A stretch of 64,000 nt of DNA from Alphaproteobacteria bacterium (GTDB taxonomy: Bacteria > Pseudomonadota > Alphaproteobacteria > UBA828). The translations under genes were made by a program, and so were the position numbers. Where the stretch lies: assembly GCA_965221125.1 (NCBI GenBank), contig CBDCRW010000005.1, positions 672,001 to 736,000 of the forward strand, read 5' to 3'. Shown in pieces: positions 1 to 9,276 of the stretch (position 1 is its first letter; every line of letters starts with the position of its first letter). The notes beneath the pieces were generated by a model. It was not told the origin of the DNA, searched no databases, and was given only the letters and a program-made list of their open reading frames with translations.

Positions 1-22
1 CTTCCAGCGCTCGCAGCGGCTG

Positions 23-961
23 ATGCAGGATGCGCTGGAGGCGGCATTGCCGCCGAAGTTGCGGGCGCTAAACCCCTCCCAGGACCAACAAGCGATTCCA
101 GCGTTGGCGAAGGACCGCCGCTCTACGGCGCGAATCCGCGCCCTGCTGCCGACCATGGAGACGACTCACGAAGTCATCTTGGGAGACGCCAGAGATGTGC
201 GGTTGCCTCCATCGTCGGTGCATTTGGTCGTTACCTCGCCGCCGTACTGGACCCTGAAGGAGTATCCCGAGACGGCGGGGCAACTCGGGCGGATCACGGA
301 ATATGAGGCATTCCTGACCAGCTTGCGGGCGGTGTGGGAAGGCTGTTATGACGCCTTGGCCCCCGGCGGACGGCTGGTCTGCGTTGTCGGCGATGTCTGT
401 CTATCCCGGCGCGCGAATGGCGGCCGTCACACCGTCATCCCGCTCCACGCCTCCATCCAGACACAGTGCTGCGAGATCGGGTTCGACAACCTTGCTCCGA
501 TCATCTGGCACAAGATCGCCAACATGAAGACGGAAGCGCGGGGAAGCGGCTCCTACCTCGGCAAGCCGTTCGAGCCGAACGGCGTCATCAAGAACGATAT
601 CGAGTTCATCCTCATGCTCCGCAAGCCGGGCGGCTACCGTAGCCCGAGCGAGGCGGCACGCCTTCTAAGCGTAATCTCCGCCGAAGAGCACGATCTCTGG
701 TTCCGTCAGATATGGGACGATCTCAGCGGAACTTCGACGCGCGACCACCCGGCGCCCTTCCCGGCAGAGCTCGCTGAACGGCTGATCCGCATGTTCAGCT
801 TCGTCGGCGATACGGTGTTCGACCCCTTCACGGGGACTGCCACCACCCAAGTCGCAGCGCGTCAACTCGGGCGGAATAGCATCGGTGTCGAGATCGAGCC
901 GGTCTATCATGCAATGGCCGAAGCGCGGCTGACCGATGATCTCGCTGCAAGACGCGGTTGA
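23..961 (+). CDS. Site-specific DNA methyltransferase, beta class (N4-C/N6-A)
   Basis: Motif IV VTSPPY is N-terminal and HPAPFP plus motif I DPFTGTATT are C-terminal, which is beta-class order. The frame is open to the window edge, so the true start may be upstream. Confidence 0.92.
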   Translation: MQDALEAALPPKLRALNPSQDQQAIPALAKDRRSTARIRALLPTMETTHEVILGDARDVRLPPSSVHLVVTSPPYWTLKEYPETAGQLGRITEYEAFLTSLRAVWEGCYDALAPGGRLVCVVGDVCLSRRANGGRHTVIPLHASIQTQCCEIGFDNLAPIIWHKIANMKTEARGSGSYLGKPFEPNGVIKNDIEFILMLRKPGGYRSPSEAARLLSVISAEEHDLWFRQIWDDLSGTSTRDHPAPFPAELAERLIRMFSFVGDTVFDPFTGTATTQVAARQLGRNSIGVEIEPVYHAMAEARLTDDLAARRG

Positions 962-1547
962 CACCCTCTACCGAGTCGTCGTGGTCGACAAGAAGCCGAC
1001 TTCAAATGCGCGACTGGCGACACTGGCAGACATGTGTCTCCAGCAGCTCGCCGCGCGTGGGCTTGCGGACGGAACCACAGAAGCGTTGGTGCCTGGAATT
1101 GGGCGGACGAAGAAGTGGGACGTGGCATGGCCGAGTGACGGCAAGGTGCGGCTTGGCATCAGCCTCAAATCGCTGCTCAAGAACGTCGGCGGCTCTGTGC
1201 CTAACCGGGCCGACGATCTGATGGGGGAAGTAGCGAACGTCCAGCTTTCATCGCCGGAGATCGTCACCGGCTATGTCATGCTCTTCGACGTTGGGCAGAA
1301 CGGAGGCGGAGTGCAGAAGAGCGGCGAGCGGTGGGTTGACACCTTCCGCTCCTATGTCGAACAGCTTTCCGGGCGGGCAGCGCCAGCGTGGGCGGCTGGA
1401 ATGGTCGAGGCCGCAGCCATCGTTGAAATCGACTTTTCCGAGGGGCCCCGCATCGTAGCGGAACCTGACATGTCGGCCTTCTTCGATCGACTCGCCCACT
1501 GTGTGCGAGAGCGAAACCCAGGGACCATCGCAGGGGACACGCCATGA
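936..1547 (+). CDS. Type II restriction endonuclease, XhoI/PaeR7I-like PD-(D/E)XK
   Basis: Overlaps the MTase 3' end. TKKWDV...GISLKS...NRADDLMGE...GYVMLFD resembles the XhoI/PaeR7I family pattern. Confidence 0.7.
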   Translation: MISLQDAVDTLYRVVVVDKKPTSNARLATLADMCLQQLAARGLADGTTEALVPGIGRTKKWDVAWPSDGKVRLGISLKSLLKNVGGSVPNRADDLMGEVANVQLSSPEIVTGYVMLFDVGQNGGGVQKSGERWVDTFRSYVEQLSGRAAPAWAAGMVEAAAIVEIDFSEGPRIVAEPDMSAFFDRLAHCVRERNPGTIAGDTP

Positions 1548-1720
1548 CGGCAGAGAAGCGCAGGACAGAGCCTGAAATTCTGAATCCCCGCTACGCCGGG
1601 GCGACGCCTGAGCAGGTGGGCCGAGCGTTCTTGCGGCACGAGCCGGCGGCCGATGGCGGGGAGGCTAACAGCAATCCGGGCGTCGCTGCTGACGAACCGG
1701 AAGTTCGGTCAGATATATAG
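1544..1720 (+). CDS. Small hypothetical protein (58 aa, MTAEKRRTEPEILNPRYAGATPEQVGRAFLR...)
   Basis: ATGA overlap with the REase stop. Below the ORF-track cutoff and translated by hand. Confidence 0.45.
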   Translation: MTAEKRRTEPEILNPRYAGATPEQVGRAFLRHEPAADGGEANSNPGVAADEPEVRSDI

Positions 1721-1740
1721 CCCCCTTTGGCTGAGCTGAG

Positions 1741-2658
1741 ATGGCCGCCGCGCTACCCGCCAACGACGACCTCATACGCCGCCTGGTGCCGCGTCTGCCG
1801 GCGGGCGTGTGGTCGCTCTCGGGCTTCAGCGTCGTCTGGTTCGGCGGCATCGTCATCCCGCTGCTCGCGATCATCCTGGTCTCGTTCTTCCAGGGCCGCG
1901 GCATCAGGATCAACATCGACCCGACGTTCCTGCAGTACGAGCGCTTCTTCTCCTACGGCGGCGCCGATCTTCTCTCACGCTCGGTGCGCATCGCGGCGAC
2001 AATCACCGTCATCGAGCTGCTGATCGCGTTCCCCTTCGCGCTCTGGCTCGCGAAGGGCTGCAAGAACAACACGGTGCGCCTGCTCACCTTCACGGCGCTC
2101 ACCGTGCCCTTCTTCCTCAGCCCGGCGGCCCGCGTCATCGTCTGGCGCTCGGTCTTCGGCATCAACGGCGTGGTCAATCAGGCGCTGCTCGGCATCGGCG
2201 TGGTGGACGAGCCCGTGACCTGGCTGATCTTCTCCGAATTCGCCGTGCACTTCGGCTTTCTCGGGTTCTTCTTCCCCACCATGGTGTGGCCGATCTTTCT
2301 CTCCATCAGCCTGATCGATAACGATTTTCTCGAAGCCAGCAACGACCTCGGCGCGCATCGCTTCAGGACGCTCGTGCACATCATCTTCCCGCTCGCGCTG
2401 CCGGGCGTGGTCGCGGGCTTCGTCTTCACCTTCATCCCCATGCTGGGCGACACGGTGGTGGCGCAGCACATGGGCGGCAACAACGTGCTGATGCTGAGCG
2501 CCCAGGTGCAGAGCCTGATCGGAGTCTCGAATTTCCTCGTCGCCGCCGCCCTTGCCGCGGTCGTGCTCGCCATCATGCTGGCCTTCCAGGTCGTGCTCTG
2601 GGCCGCGCTCCGGCCCGTGGGCGGCCTCAACGAAGTCTTCGCGAACCTCCGCCGATGA
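1741..2658 (+). CDS. ABC transporter permease, PotB-like (polyamine/amine family)
   Basis: Multiple TM segments and the EAA loop LEASNDLGA. Confidence 0.9.
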   Translation: MAAALPANDDLIRRLVPRLPAGVWSLSGFSVVWFGGIVIPLLAIILVSFFQGRGIRINIDPTFLQYERFFSYGGADLLSRSVRIAATITVIELLIAFPFALWLAKGCKNNTVRLLTFTALTVPFFLSPAARVIVWRSVFGINGVVNQALLGIGVVDEPVTWLIFSEFAVHFGFLGFFFPTMVWPIFLSISLIDNDFLEASNDLGAHRFRTLVHIIFPLALPGVVAGFVFTFIPMLGDTVVAQHMGGNNVLMLSAQVQSLIGVSNFLVAAALAAVVLAIMLAFQVVLWAALRPVGGLNEVFANLRR

Positions 2659-3551
2659 CGATGACCGCGCCCACCGAGACCATCACCTACGCGCGCGTGC
2701 GCCCGCCCTTCTGGCGCCGCGTCGCCGACGGGCTGCCGAACGGCACCGGCCTCTTCTTCGGCTACGGCGTGCTGTTCATCCTGTACCTCCCCATCGTCTG
2801 GCTGATGATCCTCTCGATCAGCGGCGAGCCGCTCACCGGCATTCCGGGCGACTGGACGCTGACCTGGTACGAGGACGTGATCTACGCCGACATCGCCCAG
2901 CGCGACGGCGAGGCCTACGGCAGCAACTTCCGCGTGGGCGATCCGCTGCTGCTCTCGATCATGCTGGCCTTCGTCACCTCCGCCGCGTGCGTGATCGGCG
3001 CGCTCATCGTGGGCCCGGTGCTGCCCCGGGTGAAGCGGCGCGGACCGCTGCTCATCGGCTTCCTCATGCCGCTGATGGTGCCGGGCATCGTGGCCGGCGT
3101 CGGGCTCTTCATGTGGTATCGCCTCGTGATCCACGTGAAGATGGGGGTCTGGTCGCTGGCGGTGGCCCATTTCGTCTGGGCCTTCCCCTTCGCCCTGCTG
3201 GCGATGCTGGTGGTCGCATCGCGCTTCGACACGCGGCTGATGGAGGCGGCGGAGGATCTGGGCGCCAGCCGCTGGCAGCGCTTCTGGCAGATCGAGGTGC
3301 CGATCCTGAAGCCCGGCATCTTCGCCGCGGGCTTCTTCGGCTTCCTGCTGTCGTTCAACGAGCTGCCCTTCAGCATCTTCATGCGCGCAGGACAGGACAC
3401 ACTGCCGCTCTATCTGTGGATACAATCGGGCGCGCACAACACGACCGTGCCCTTGATCTATGCGATGAGTACGCTGGTGACGATCGTGAGCATCGGGCTG
3501 ACCTTCCTCGCGATCAAGCTTGCCTTCGGAGGAGGCCGAGATGGCAAATAG
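2655..3551 (+). CDS. ABC transporter permease, PotC-like
   Basis: EAA loop MEAAEDLGA, FLLSFNE, TLPL; ATGA overlap with the previous gene. Confidence 0.9.
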   Translation: MTMTAPTETITYARVRPPFWRRVADGLPNGTGLFFGYGVLFILYLPIVWLMILSISGEPLTGIPGDWTLTWYEDVIYADIAQRDGEAYGSNFRVGDPLLLSIMLAFVTSAACVIGALIVGPVLPRVKRRGPLLIGFLMPLMVPGIVAGVGLFMWYRLVIHVKMGVWSLAVAHFVWAFPFALLAMLVVASRFDTRLMEAAEDLGASRWQRFWQIEVPILKPGIFAAGFFGFLLSFNELPFSIFMRAGQDTLPLYLWIQSGAHNTTVPLIYAMSTLVTIVSIGLTFLAIKLAFGGGRDGK

Positions 3552-4704
3552 TGAAGTCGCAGCGCCGCGCGCTGCCGCCGCCGCAGGCGATCACATCCTG
3601 CAGGTCGAGCACGCCACCCACCGCTTCGGCGAGGTGGTGGCGCTCGACGACGTGTCGATCACGGCACGGCGGGGCGAGTTCCTGACCCTGCTGGGCGAGA
3701 GCGGCTCGGGCAAGACGACGCTGCTCAGGATCGTCGCCGGGCTGGAGCGCCCGACCCGGATCGCGCGCATCGCCATCGACGGCGAGGACGTCTCGGCCAT
3801 TCCCGCGTCCAGGCGCAACTGCACCACGGTGTTCCAGCACTACGCGCTCTTCCCCCACATGTCGGTCGGCCAGAACGTCGAGTACGGGCTCCGCGTGCGC
3901 GGCATCGACAAGGACCAGCGTCGCAAGCGGGCGGAGGACGCGCTCGCCCTGGTGCGCCTCCTCGACAAGTACGGCCGCCGCGTCCATCAGCTCTCGGGCG
4001 GCGAGCGTCAGCGGGTGGCGCTGGCCCGCGCGCTGGTGACCGAGCCCGCGATCCTGCTCCTCGACGAGCCGCTCGGCGCGCTCGACGAGAAGCTCCGCGT
4101 CGACATGCAGGTGGAGCTGCTCGATCTGCACGAGAAGCTCGGCCTCACCTTCATCTACGTCACGCACAGCCAGGAAGAGGCGCTCACCATGAGCGACCGC
4201 ATCATCCTCATGCGGCGCGGGCGCATCGTGCAGGAGGGGCCGCCGACCGACCTGTTCGACCGGCCGGCGACCCGCTTCGTCGCGGACTTCATGGGGGTCG
4301 AGAACCTGCTCGAAGGGACCATCGAGAGCGTGCAGAACGGCACGGCCAGCGTGCGCATCGGCAGCCACGTGATCAACGGCGCCTGGAGCGGCGCCGGCCC
4401 GGCGGAGAAGGGTGCTGCCGCCTGCGTCGCGGTGCGGGCGGAGCGGATCAGGCTCGCGCCGCACGGCGCAGCCATCGACGAGCCCGGCGTCAACACCCTG
4501 CCGTGCACCAGCGGGGCCACGATCTACAAGGGCAAGTACCTCGACCAGACGCTTGATACCGAGATCGGCCCGGTCAAGGCGCGGATCTGGGACCGCGGCG
4601 TCGATGTCGCCGATCTGGAGGCTCTCTGGTGGCGGGAGTCCGAGTGCGCCATCACCTCGGCCGAGAACGGTGCGGGCGCGGGCGCCGAGGCCGAAGGAGA
4701 CTGA
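3541..4704 (+). CDS. ABC transporter ATP-binding protein, PotA-like
   Basis: Walker A GESGSGKT, LSGGERQRVALARAL, LLLDEPLGALD, YVTHSQEEA. ATG at 3541 follows GGAGG. Confidence 0.93.
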   Translation: MANSEVAAPRAAAAAGDHILQVEHATHRFGEVVALDDVSITARRGEFLTLLGESGSGKTTLLRIVAGLERPTRIARIAIDGEDVSAIPASRRNCTTVFQHYALFPHMSVGQNVEYGLRVRGIDKDQRRKRAEDALALVRLLDKYGRRVHQLSGGERQRVALARALVTEPAILLLDEPLGALDEKLRVDMQVELLDLHEKLGLTFIYVTHSQEEALTMSDRIILMRRGRIVQEGPPTDLFDRPATRFVADFMGVENLLEGTIESVQNGTASVRIGSHVINGAWSGAGPAEKGAAACVAVRAERIRLAPHGAAIDEPGVNTLPCTSGATIYKGKYLDQTLDTEIGPVKARIWDRGVDVADLEALWWRESECAITSAENGAGAGAEAEGD

Positions 4705-4860
4705 TTGCCCGTCTGATCAGGCCTGGAGCGCGTCCGTCAACGCCGGACGCGCGATAGGCCGCGACAGCGGCCCGCCGCGAATGCGGCGCGCCCGCATCGT
4801 GCGCTCTGCGCGTCCCGCGCGACGGCGCCGGCTGAAAGCCGGCTGCCGTGAGCGACAGAT

Positions 4861-4899
4861 GCTTAGAGCGTTTTCGTTTTGCACGAAAACGCTCTAAGC
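4861..4899. repeat. Perfect palindrome (17-bp arms) of the TAGAGC...GCTCTA type; likely bidirectional terminator or REP-like element
   Basis: GCTTAGAGCGTTTTCGT-tttgc-ACGAAAACGCTCTAAGC lies between convergent genes and contains the Rid gene stop codon. Confidence 0.8.
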
Positions 4900-5277
4900 G
4901 GCGGCCAGCGCCTCGATCTCGATCAGCCAGCGCGCGTCGGCGAGGCCGGCGACGATGAGCAGCGTCGAGGCCGCCTGGTGGCCGGCCAGGTGGCGGTCCC
5001 TGATCTCGCGGTAGGCGCCGAGGTGGGCGCGGTCCACCAGCAGCGCGCGCACGATCACCAGGTTCTCCATGGTCATGCCGGCGGCGGCGAGCAGGGCGCG
5101 GATGTTGCGCCAGACCTGGTCGCTCTGCGCCTCGAAGCCGTCCGCCAGCGTGCCGTCCGGCGCGGCGCCCACCTGGCCCGAGATGTGGAGCCAGCGCTTG
5201 TCCGGCCCCACCTCCGCCGCCTGGCTGTAGAACGACGCGGGCGAGACGACGGTGTCCGGATTGTGCAGCGTGATCAT
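4894..5277 (-). CDS. RidA/YjgF/UK114 family protein
   Basis: YSQA, ISGQVG, ASTLLIVAGLA...IEIEA. Lacks the catalytic Arg of true RidA. Confidence 0.88.
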   Translation of the reverse strand: MITLHNPDTVVSPASFYSQAAEVGPDKRWLHISGQVGAAPDGTLADGFEAQSDQVWRNIRALLAAAGMTMENLVIVRALLVDRAHLGAYREIRDRHLAGHQAASTLLIVAGLADARWLIEIEALAAA

Positions 5278-5467
5278 CGGTTACTCCCTGGCAGGCGCCA
5301 CAGCGGCGCGGCCCGTCATAGTGCCACGGAGGACAAGATTCGGAGAAGGAGCGGGAGATTCGATGCAGGGCGAGCGGCGCCGGACATTCGCGGTTCACTG
5401 ATCCTCCGTCTCCCGCTATCGTCCTGTCCGACGATGCGTCGTCCGCAAGGTCTACCGGATGGACGAA

Positions 5468-5734
5468 ATGGACATCACGGCATCCGATATCGAGGCCGCG
5501 CTGAAGCGCGAACTGAGGAACCCTCCGACCCCGGTCAGCTGGTGGGAGGTGGAAACCGGGGTCGACTGGGCGGACGACCCCGCAGTGTGGGTGTGGGTCT
5601 ATCTCACGGAAGAGGAGGTGGACTTCGAAACCCGAGACCTGCTGCGGAATACAGTGCGCGATCTGGTCCGCCGCGAGACCGAATCCTCGATGTTGGTCTA
5701 TGTTCGCTTCCGAGGGGCTTCGGAGGCCGCCTGA
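5468..5734 (+). CDS. Small acidic protein, probable antitoxin partner of the downstream HEPN protein
   Basis: About 88 aa (GVDWADDPAVWVWVYL...VYVRFR), ending 5 nt before the HEPN-like gene. An alternative start is at 5459. Confidence 0.55.
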   Translation: MDITASDIEAALKRELRNPPTPVSWWEVETGVDWADDPAVWVWVYLTEEEVDFETRDLLRNTVRDLVRRETESSMLVYVRFRGASEAA

Positions 5735-5739
5735 GTGTC

Positions 5740-6249
5740 GTGAGCCTGCATGTTGACCTGTTGCGGCAAGCCCGACAGCTTGCCGTCAAGGAGCCGCGGC
5801 GGCCCCTGCAGGCGAGCCTGCGCCGGGCAGTCTCGGCGTCGTACTACGCCCTCTTTCATCTGTTGGTCGATGAAGCGACGAAGCGCATGCTTCGTGGTCG
5901 CGACAGAGCCGCTCTCCGCCAGTGCCTGGCACGAGCGTTCGGTCACGCCGCAATGAAACAGGTCGCCCAGCAGTTTTCTGACAGCAAAGTTTCAACGAAG
6001 CTCTCTCCCGGGTTGGGCGGCCAACCCGTGCAACCCGAACTCGTTCGGGTTGCCAGCGCATTCGTCGAACTTCAGGGGGCCCGCCACGAAGCGGATTACG
6101 ACACGGCCCGTCGTTTCACCCGTCGTGAAGTTCTCGATTTCGTGGAGCGGGCGGAGCAGGCGTTTGCCGACTGGCACGGCGTCCGCGGGAGCATTCAGGC
6201 AGATACCTTCCTGACCGGGCTTCTCGCATTCGGAAACATGCGCAGTTGA
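5740..6249 (+). CDS. HEPN-domain protein (UPF0332-like), putative toxin
   Basis: LRRAVSASYYALFH and LQGARHEADYD motifs. GTG start at 5740 inside ORF 4879..6249. Confidence 0.72.
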   Translation: MSLHVDLLRQARQLAVKEPRRPLQASLRRAVSASYYALFHLLVDEATKRMLRGRDRAALRQCLARAFGHAAMKQVAQQFSDSKVSTKLSPGLGGQPVQPELVRVASAFVELQGARHEADYDTARRFTRREVLDFVERAEQAFADWHGVRGSIQADTFLTGLLAFGNMRS

Positions 6250-6426
6250 CAGTCAGGGGGATACTTGCGTTTCGGGAGTTTCGACAGACTTTGCCGAGGG
6301 GTCTGGGCGAGATTGGGGATCGGCAGTGCGTAGAAGCGCGACGCACTAATGCGATACGTCAGCATAACTTATAAGCGCCATAAGTGGATACTCTTGGACG
6401 CTATATGGCCATATCGAATAGGTTAT

Positions 6427-7879
6427 GGTTGTGTCCCCAGACGTGGTGTAGGAGCTCCCGCTACCCCCGGTAGCTGTGGGTAACCGGCTTGGCGCCGCGA
6501 CCGCCCTCGAGTCTGGTGGCGCCAAGCCGGTTATCCACAGCGGGGTGGCCATCGCGGTTCCGGTTTAGGGTTTGGGTGAATCCGAATCGACCCGAGCCTA
6601 AGGAGAACCACGATGACCGATGACAAGCTTACCCTGCGGACGCTGTTGGAGAAGAGCTCTGACGCCGATCTGCTGCGTGAGATGATCGCCTTCTCTGCGC
6701 AGCGCCTTATGGAGCTGGAAGTCGAGGGCCTGACCGGCGCCGAGCATGGCGCGCGGACGCCGGAGCGGATCAACCAGCGCAACGGCTACCGCGATCGGCC
6801 TTGGGAGACCCGGGCCGGCACGGTCGACCTGAAGATTCCGAAGCTCAGGAAGGGGAGCTACTTCCCCGGCTTCCTGGAGCCCCGACGGACGGCGGAGAAG
6901 GCGCTCACGGCGGTGATCCAGGAGGCCTACATCCAGGGGGTATCGACCCGCTCGGTCGACGAACTGGTTCAGGCCATGGGCATGAGCGGGATATCGAAGA
7001 GCCAGGTCTCGCGCCTTTGCGGGGAGATAGACGACAAGATCCGCAGCTTCCTCGACCGCCCGCTCGAAGGCGACTGGCCCTATCTCTGGCTGGATGCGAC
7101 TTACGTGAAGGTGCGCGAGGCCGGGCGCATCGTCCCGGTCGCGGTCACCGTGGCCGTCGCGGTCAACGACCAGGGCCGGCGCGAGATCCTCGGCATGGCG
7201 ATCGGCGCCTCCGAGGCCGAGACCTTCTGGACCGAGTTCCTGCGCTCGCTGACCAGGCGCGGCCTGCGCGGCGTGCAGCTGGTGATCTCCGACGACCACA
7301 AGGGCCTGAAGGCCGCCACCACCCGGATCCTCGGCGCCACCTGGCAGAGATGCCGCGTCCACTTCATGCGCAACCTGCTGGCCCATGCCGGCAAGCAGGG
7401 CCGGCGCGTCGTCTCCGCCTTCGTCGCCACCGCCTTCGCCCAGGACGATGCCGAGGCCGCTGCCGCCCAGTGGCGCCTGATCGCCGACCAGCTCAGGCCC
7501 AAGGCCTCCAAGCTGGCGGCCCTCATGGACGAGGCCCAGCACGACGTCCTCGCCTACATGAGCTTCCCCAAGGAGCACCGGGTCAAGCTTCACTCGACCA
7601 ACCCGCTCGAACGCGTCAACGGCGAGATCAAGCGACGCACCAACGTCGTCGGCATCTTCCCCAACGAGGACGCCATCACCCGCCTCGTCGGCGCCGTGCT
7701 GCTCGAGCAGAACGACGAATGGACCGTCGGAAGGAGGTACATGACGCTGGAATCGATCGCTCCCCTGAGCGACAATCCCACGATCAAGCTGTCCGCTGTG
7801 GCAGCCTGAATAACCCGGCCCTACCCGCCGGATGCCGCGTAAAGCGCGACGCTCTTACACCACTCCTCGGGACACGATC
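6427..7879 (+). mobile_element. Complete IS256-family insertion sequence with 8-bp target duplication TAGGTTAT
   Basis: Left IR GGTTGTGTCCCCAGACGTGGTGTAG; right IR (rc) GATCGTGTCCCGAGGAGTGGTGTAA. TAGGTTAT at 6419-6426 and 7880-7887. Confidence 0.93.
6613..7809 (+). CDS. IS256-family (Mutator-type) DDE transposase
   Basis: [56 protein letters not shown]; RBS AGGAG. Confidence 0.96.
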   Translation: MTDDKLTLRTLLEKSSDADLLREMIAFSAQRLMELEVEGLTGAEHGARTPERINQRNGYRDRPWETRAGTVDLKIPKLRKGSYFPGFLEPRRTAEKALTAVIQEAYIQGVSTRSVDELVQAMGMSGISKSQVSRLCGEIDDKIRSFLDRPLEGDWPYLWLDATYVKVREAGRIVPVAVTVAVAVNDQGRREILGMAIGASEAETFWTEFLRSLTRRGLRGVQLVISDDHKGLKAATTRILGATWQRCRVHFMRNLLAHAGKQGRRVVSAFVATAFAQDDAEAAAAQWRLIADQLRPKASKLAALMDEAQHDVLAYMSFPKEHRVKLHSTNPLERVNGEIKRRTNVVGIFPNEDAITRLVGAVLLEQNDEWTVGRRYMTLESIAPLSDNPTIKLSAVAA

Positions 7880-8115
7880 TAGGTTATGTCCTGTCGGGAT
7901 TCGTGCCGGCCGGTCGGTGCCGCAGGCCTGCCGAACATGGAGTGACGGGCATGAAGAATTCGCGGTGTGTGGGCGTGCGAACGGGCGGGGACTCGCTTCG
8001 CCACAGGGCCAATTTTGACGCCGGCCGGCGGGCCCGCGACGGTGTCTGCAGAGCCTTGCGGGCATCCCGCGGAACGGGATCGGCCCCAGGTTCCGCCTGA
8101 CGGAATCCGACATCG

Positions 8116-9276
8116 ATGACTTCGGAACCGAGCATGCCGGCGGGCTCTTCGATGCCGCCCGTTTTCGTCACGGGTTCGGCCGGGCATGTCGGTGCCAACC
8201 TCGTGCGCCGGCTGCTCGACGAGGGCGTGCGGGTCCGGGTGTTGTTGAGACACGAGGACAACAACGAGGGCCTGGACGGTCTCGAGGTCGAACGCGTGTT
8301 CGGCGACATTCGGAATTTTGACGACACCAGGCGAGCGCTCGCGGGCTGTCAGGGTGTCTATCACTGCGCGGCCATGATCTCGACCATCGAAGGCAACCGC
8401 GCCCATCGCCGCGACATGTTCGAGTGCAACGTTCTCGGCACCCGCAACGTGCTGCGGGCGGCGCAGGAGGCGGAGGCCGGCCGGGTGGTCGTTACCGGCT
8501 CGTTCAGCGCGGTGGGATACGACCTGGACGATCCCTCCGCTCCCAGCGACGAGACGATGCCGTTCTACCCCATGGAGCGCACGATGCCCTACGAGCGCAG
8601 CAAGTCGCTCGTCGAGCAGGAGTGCTGGCGCGCGGCGGCAACGGGACAGGACGTGGTGGTCGCGACCTGCTGCGCGGTGGTCGGCGGCGCCGATTTCCTC
8701 CCCTCGCGCCTGGGGCGAACGCTCTGCGACTACACGAACGGCAAGCTCCGCGCCTATATCGATGGCGGTTTCGAGTTCGTCGCGGCCCGCGACATCGTCG
8801 AGGGGCACGTGTTGTGCATGCGCCACGGTCGCTCGGGCGAAAAGTACATCTTCAGCACCGAGTACAAGACCATTTCCGATATCCTGGATCTCTACGAGGA
8901 GGTCTCGGGCGTCCCGCGGCCGCGCCGGCGATTTCCGACCCGCCTCATGCTCGTCTTTGCCGAGATCGCGAGCTTCTATCTCAGCCGCTTTCACCCGGAC
9001 TTCCCCCAGCGCTTCACTCCCGGCGCCATACGCCTGTTGCGAAAGTGCCGCCACGCCGACGTCTCCAAGGCGAAACGGGAGCTCGGCTATCGGCCGACCG
9101 GCCTCCGCGCCGCGGTTCAGGAGGCCTACGCGTTTCACTACGGCCGCAACGCGATCGCGAACCCGCAGGCGAAGCGCCCGCGCGAGGACACCGCGAATCA
9201 CCGCGTCGCGCGAGAAGAGGACGATCCCGTGCCGGAGCGAGGCATGCGGACGATGGCGGGCGGGGGCGCGCCATGA
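8116..9276 (+). CDS. NAD(P)-dependent epimerase/3-beta-HSD-type SDR; SdmB-like sterol C-4 decarboxylase/reductase
   Basis: VTGSAGHVG Rossmann motif and catalytic YERSK. Coupled by ATGA to a Rieske oxygenase in a sterol cluster. Confidence 0.78.
   Translation: MTSEPSMPAGSSMPPVFVTGSAGHVGANLVRRLLDEGVRVRVLLRHEDNNEGLDGLEVERVFGDIRNFDDTRRALAGCQGVYHCAAMISTIEGNRAHRRDMFECNVLGTRNVLRAAQEAEAGRVVVTGSFSAVGYDLDDPSAPSDETMPFYPMERTMPYERSKSLVEQECWRAAATGQDVVVATCCAVVGGADFLPSRLGRTLCDYTNGKLRAYIDGGFEFVAARDIVEGHVLCMRHGRSGEKYIFSTEYKTISDILDLYEEVSGVPRPRRRFPTRLMLVFAEIASFYLSRFHPDFPQRFTPGAIRLLRKCRHADVSKAKRELGYRPTGLRAAVQEAYAFHYGRNAIANPQAKRPREDTANHRVAREEDDPVPERGMRTMAGGGAP

Noticed and set aside
8424-9272. N-terminal extension of the Rieske ORF (648 aa in the track)
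   Set aside because: It overlaps the SDR gene in another frame and is low-complexity Arg/Gly. The real start is the ATGA-coupled ATG at 9273.
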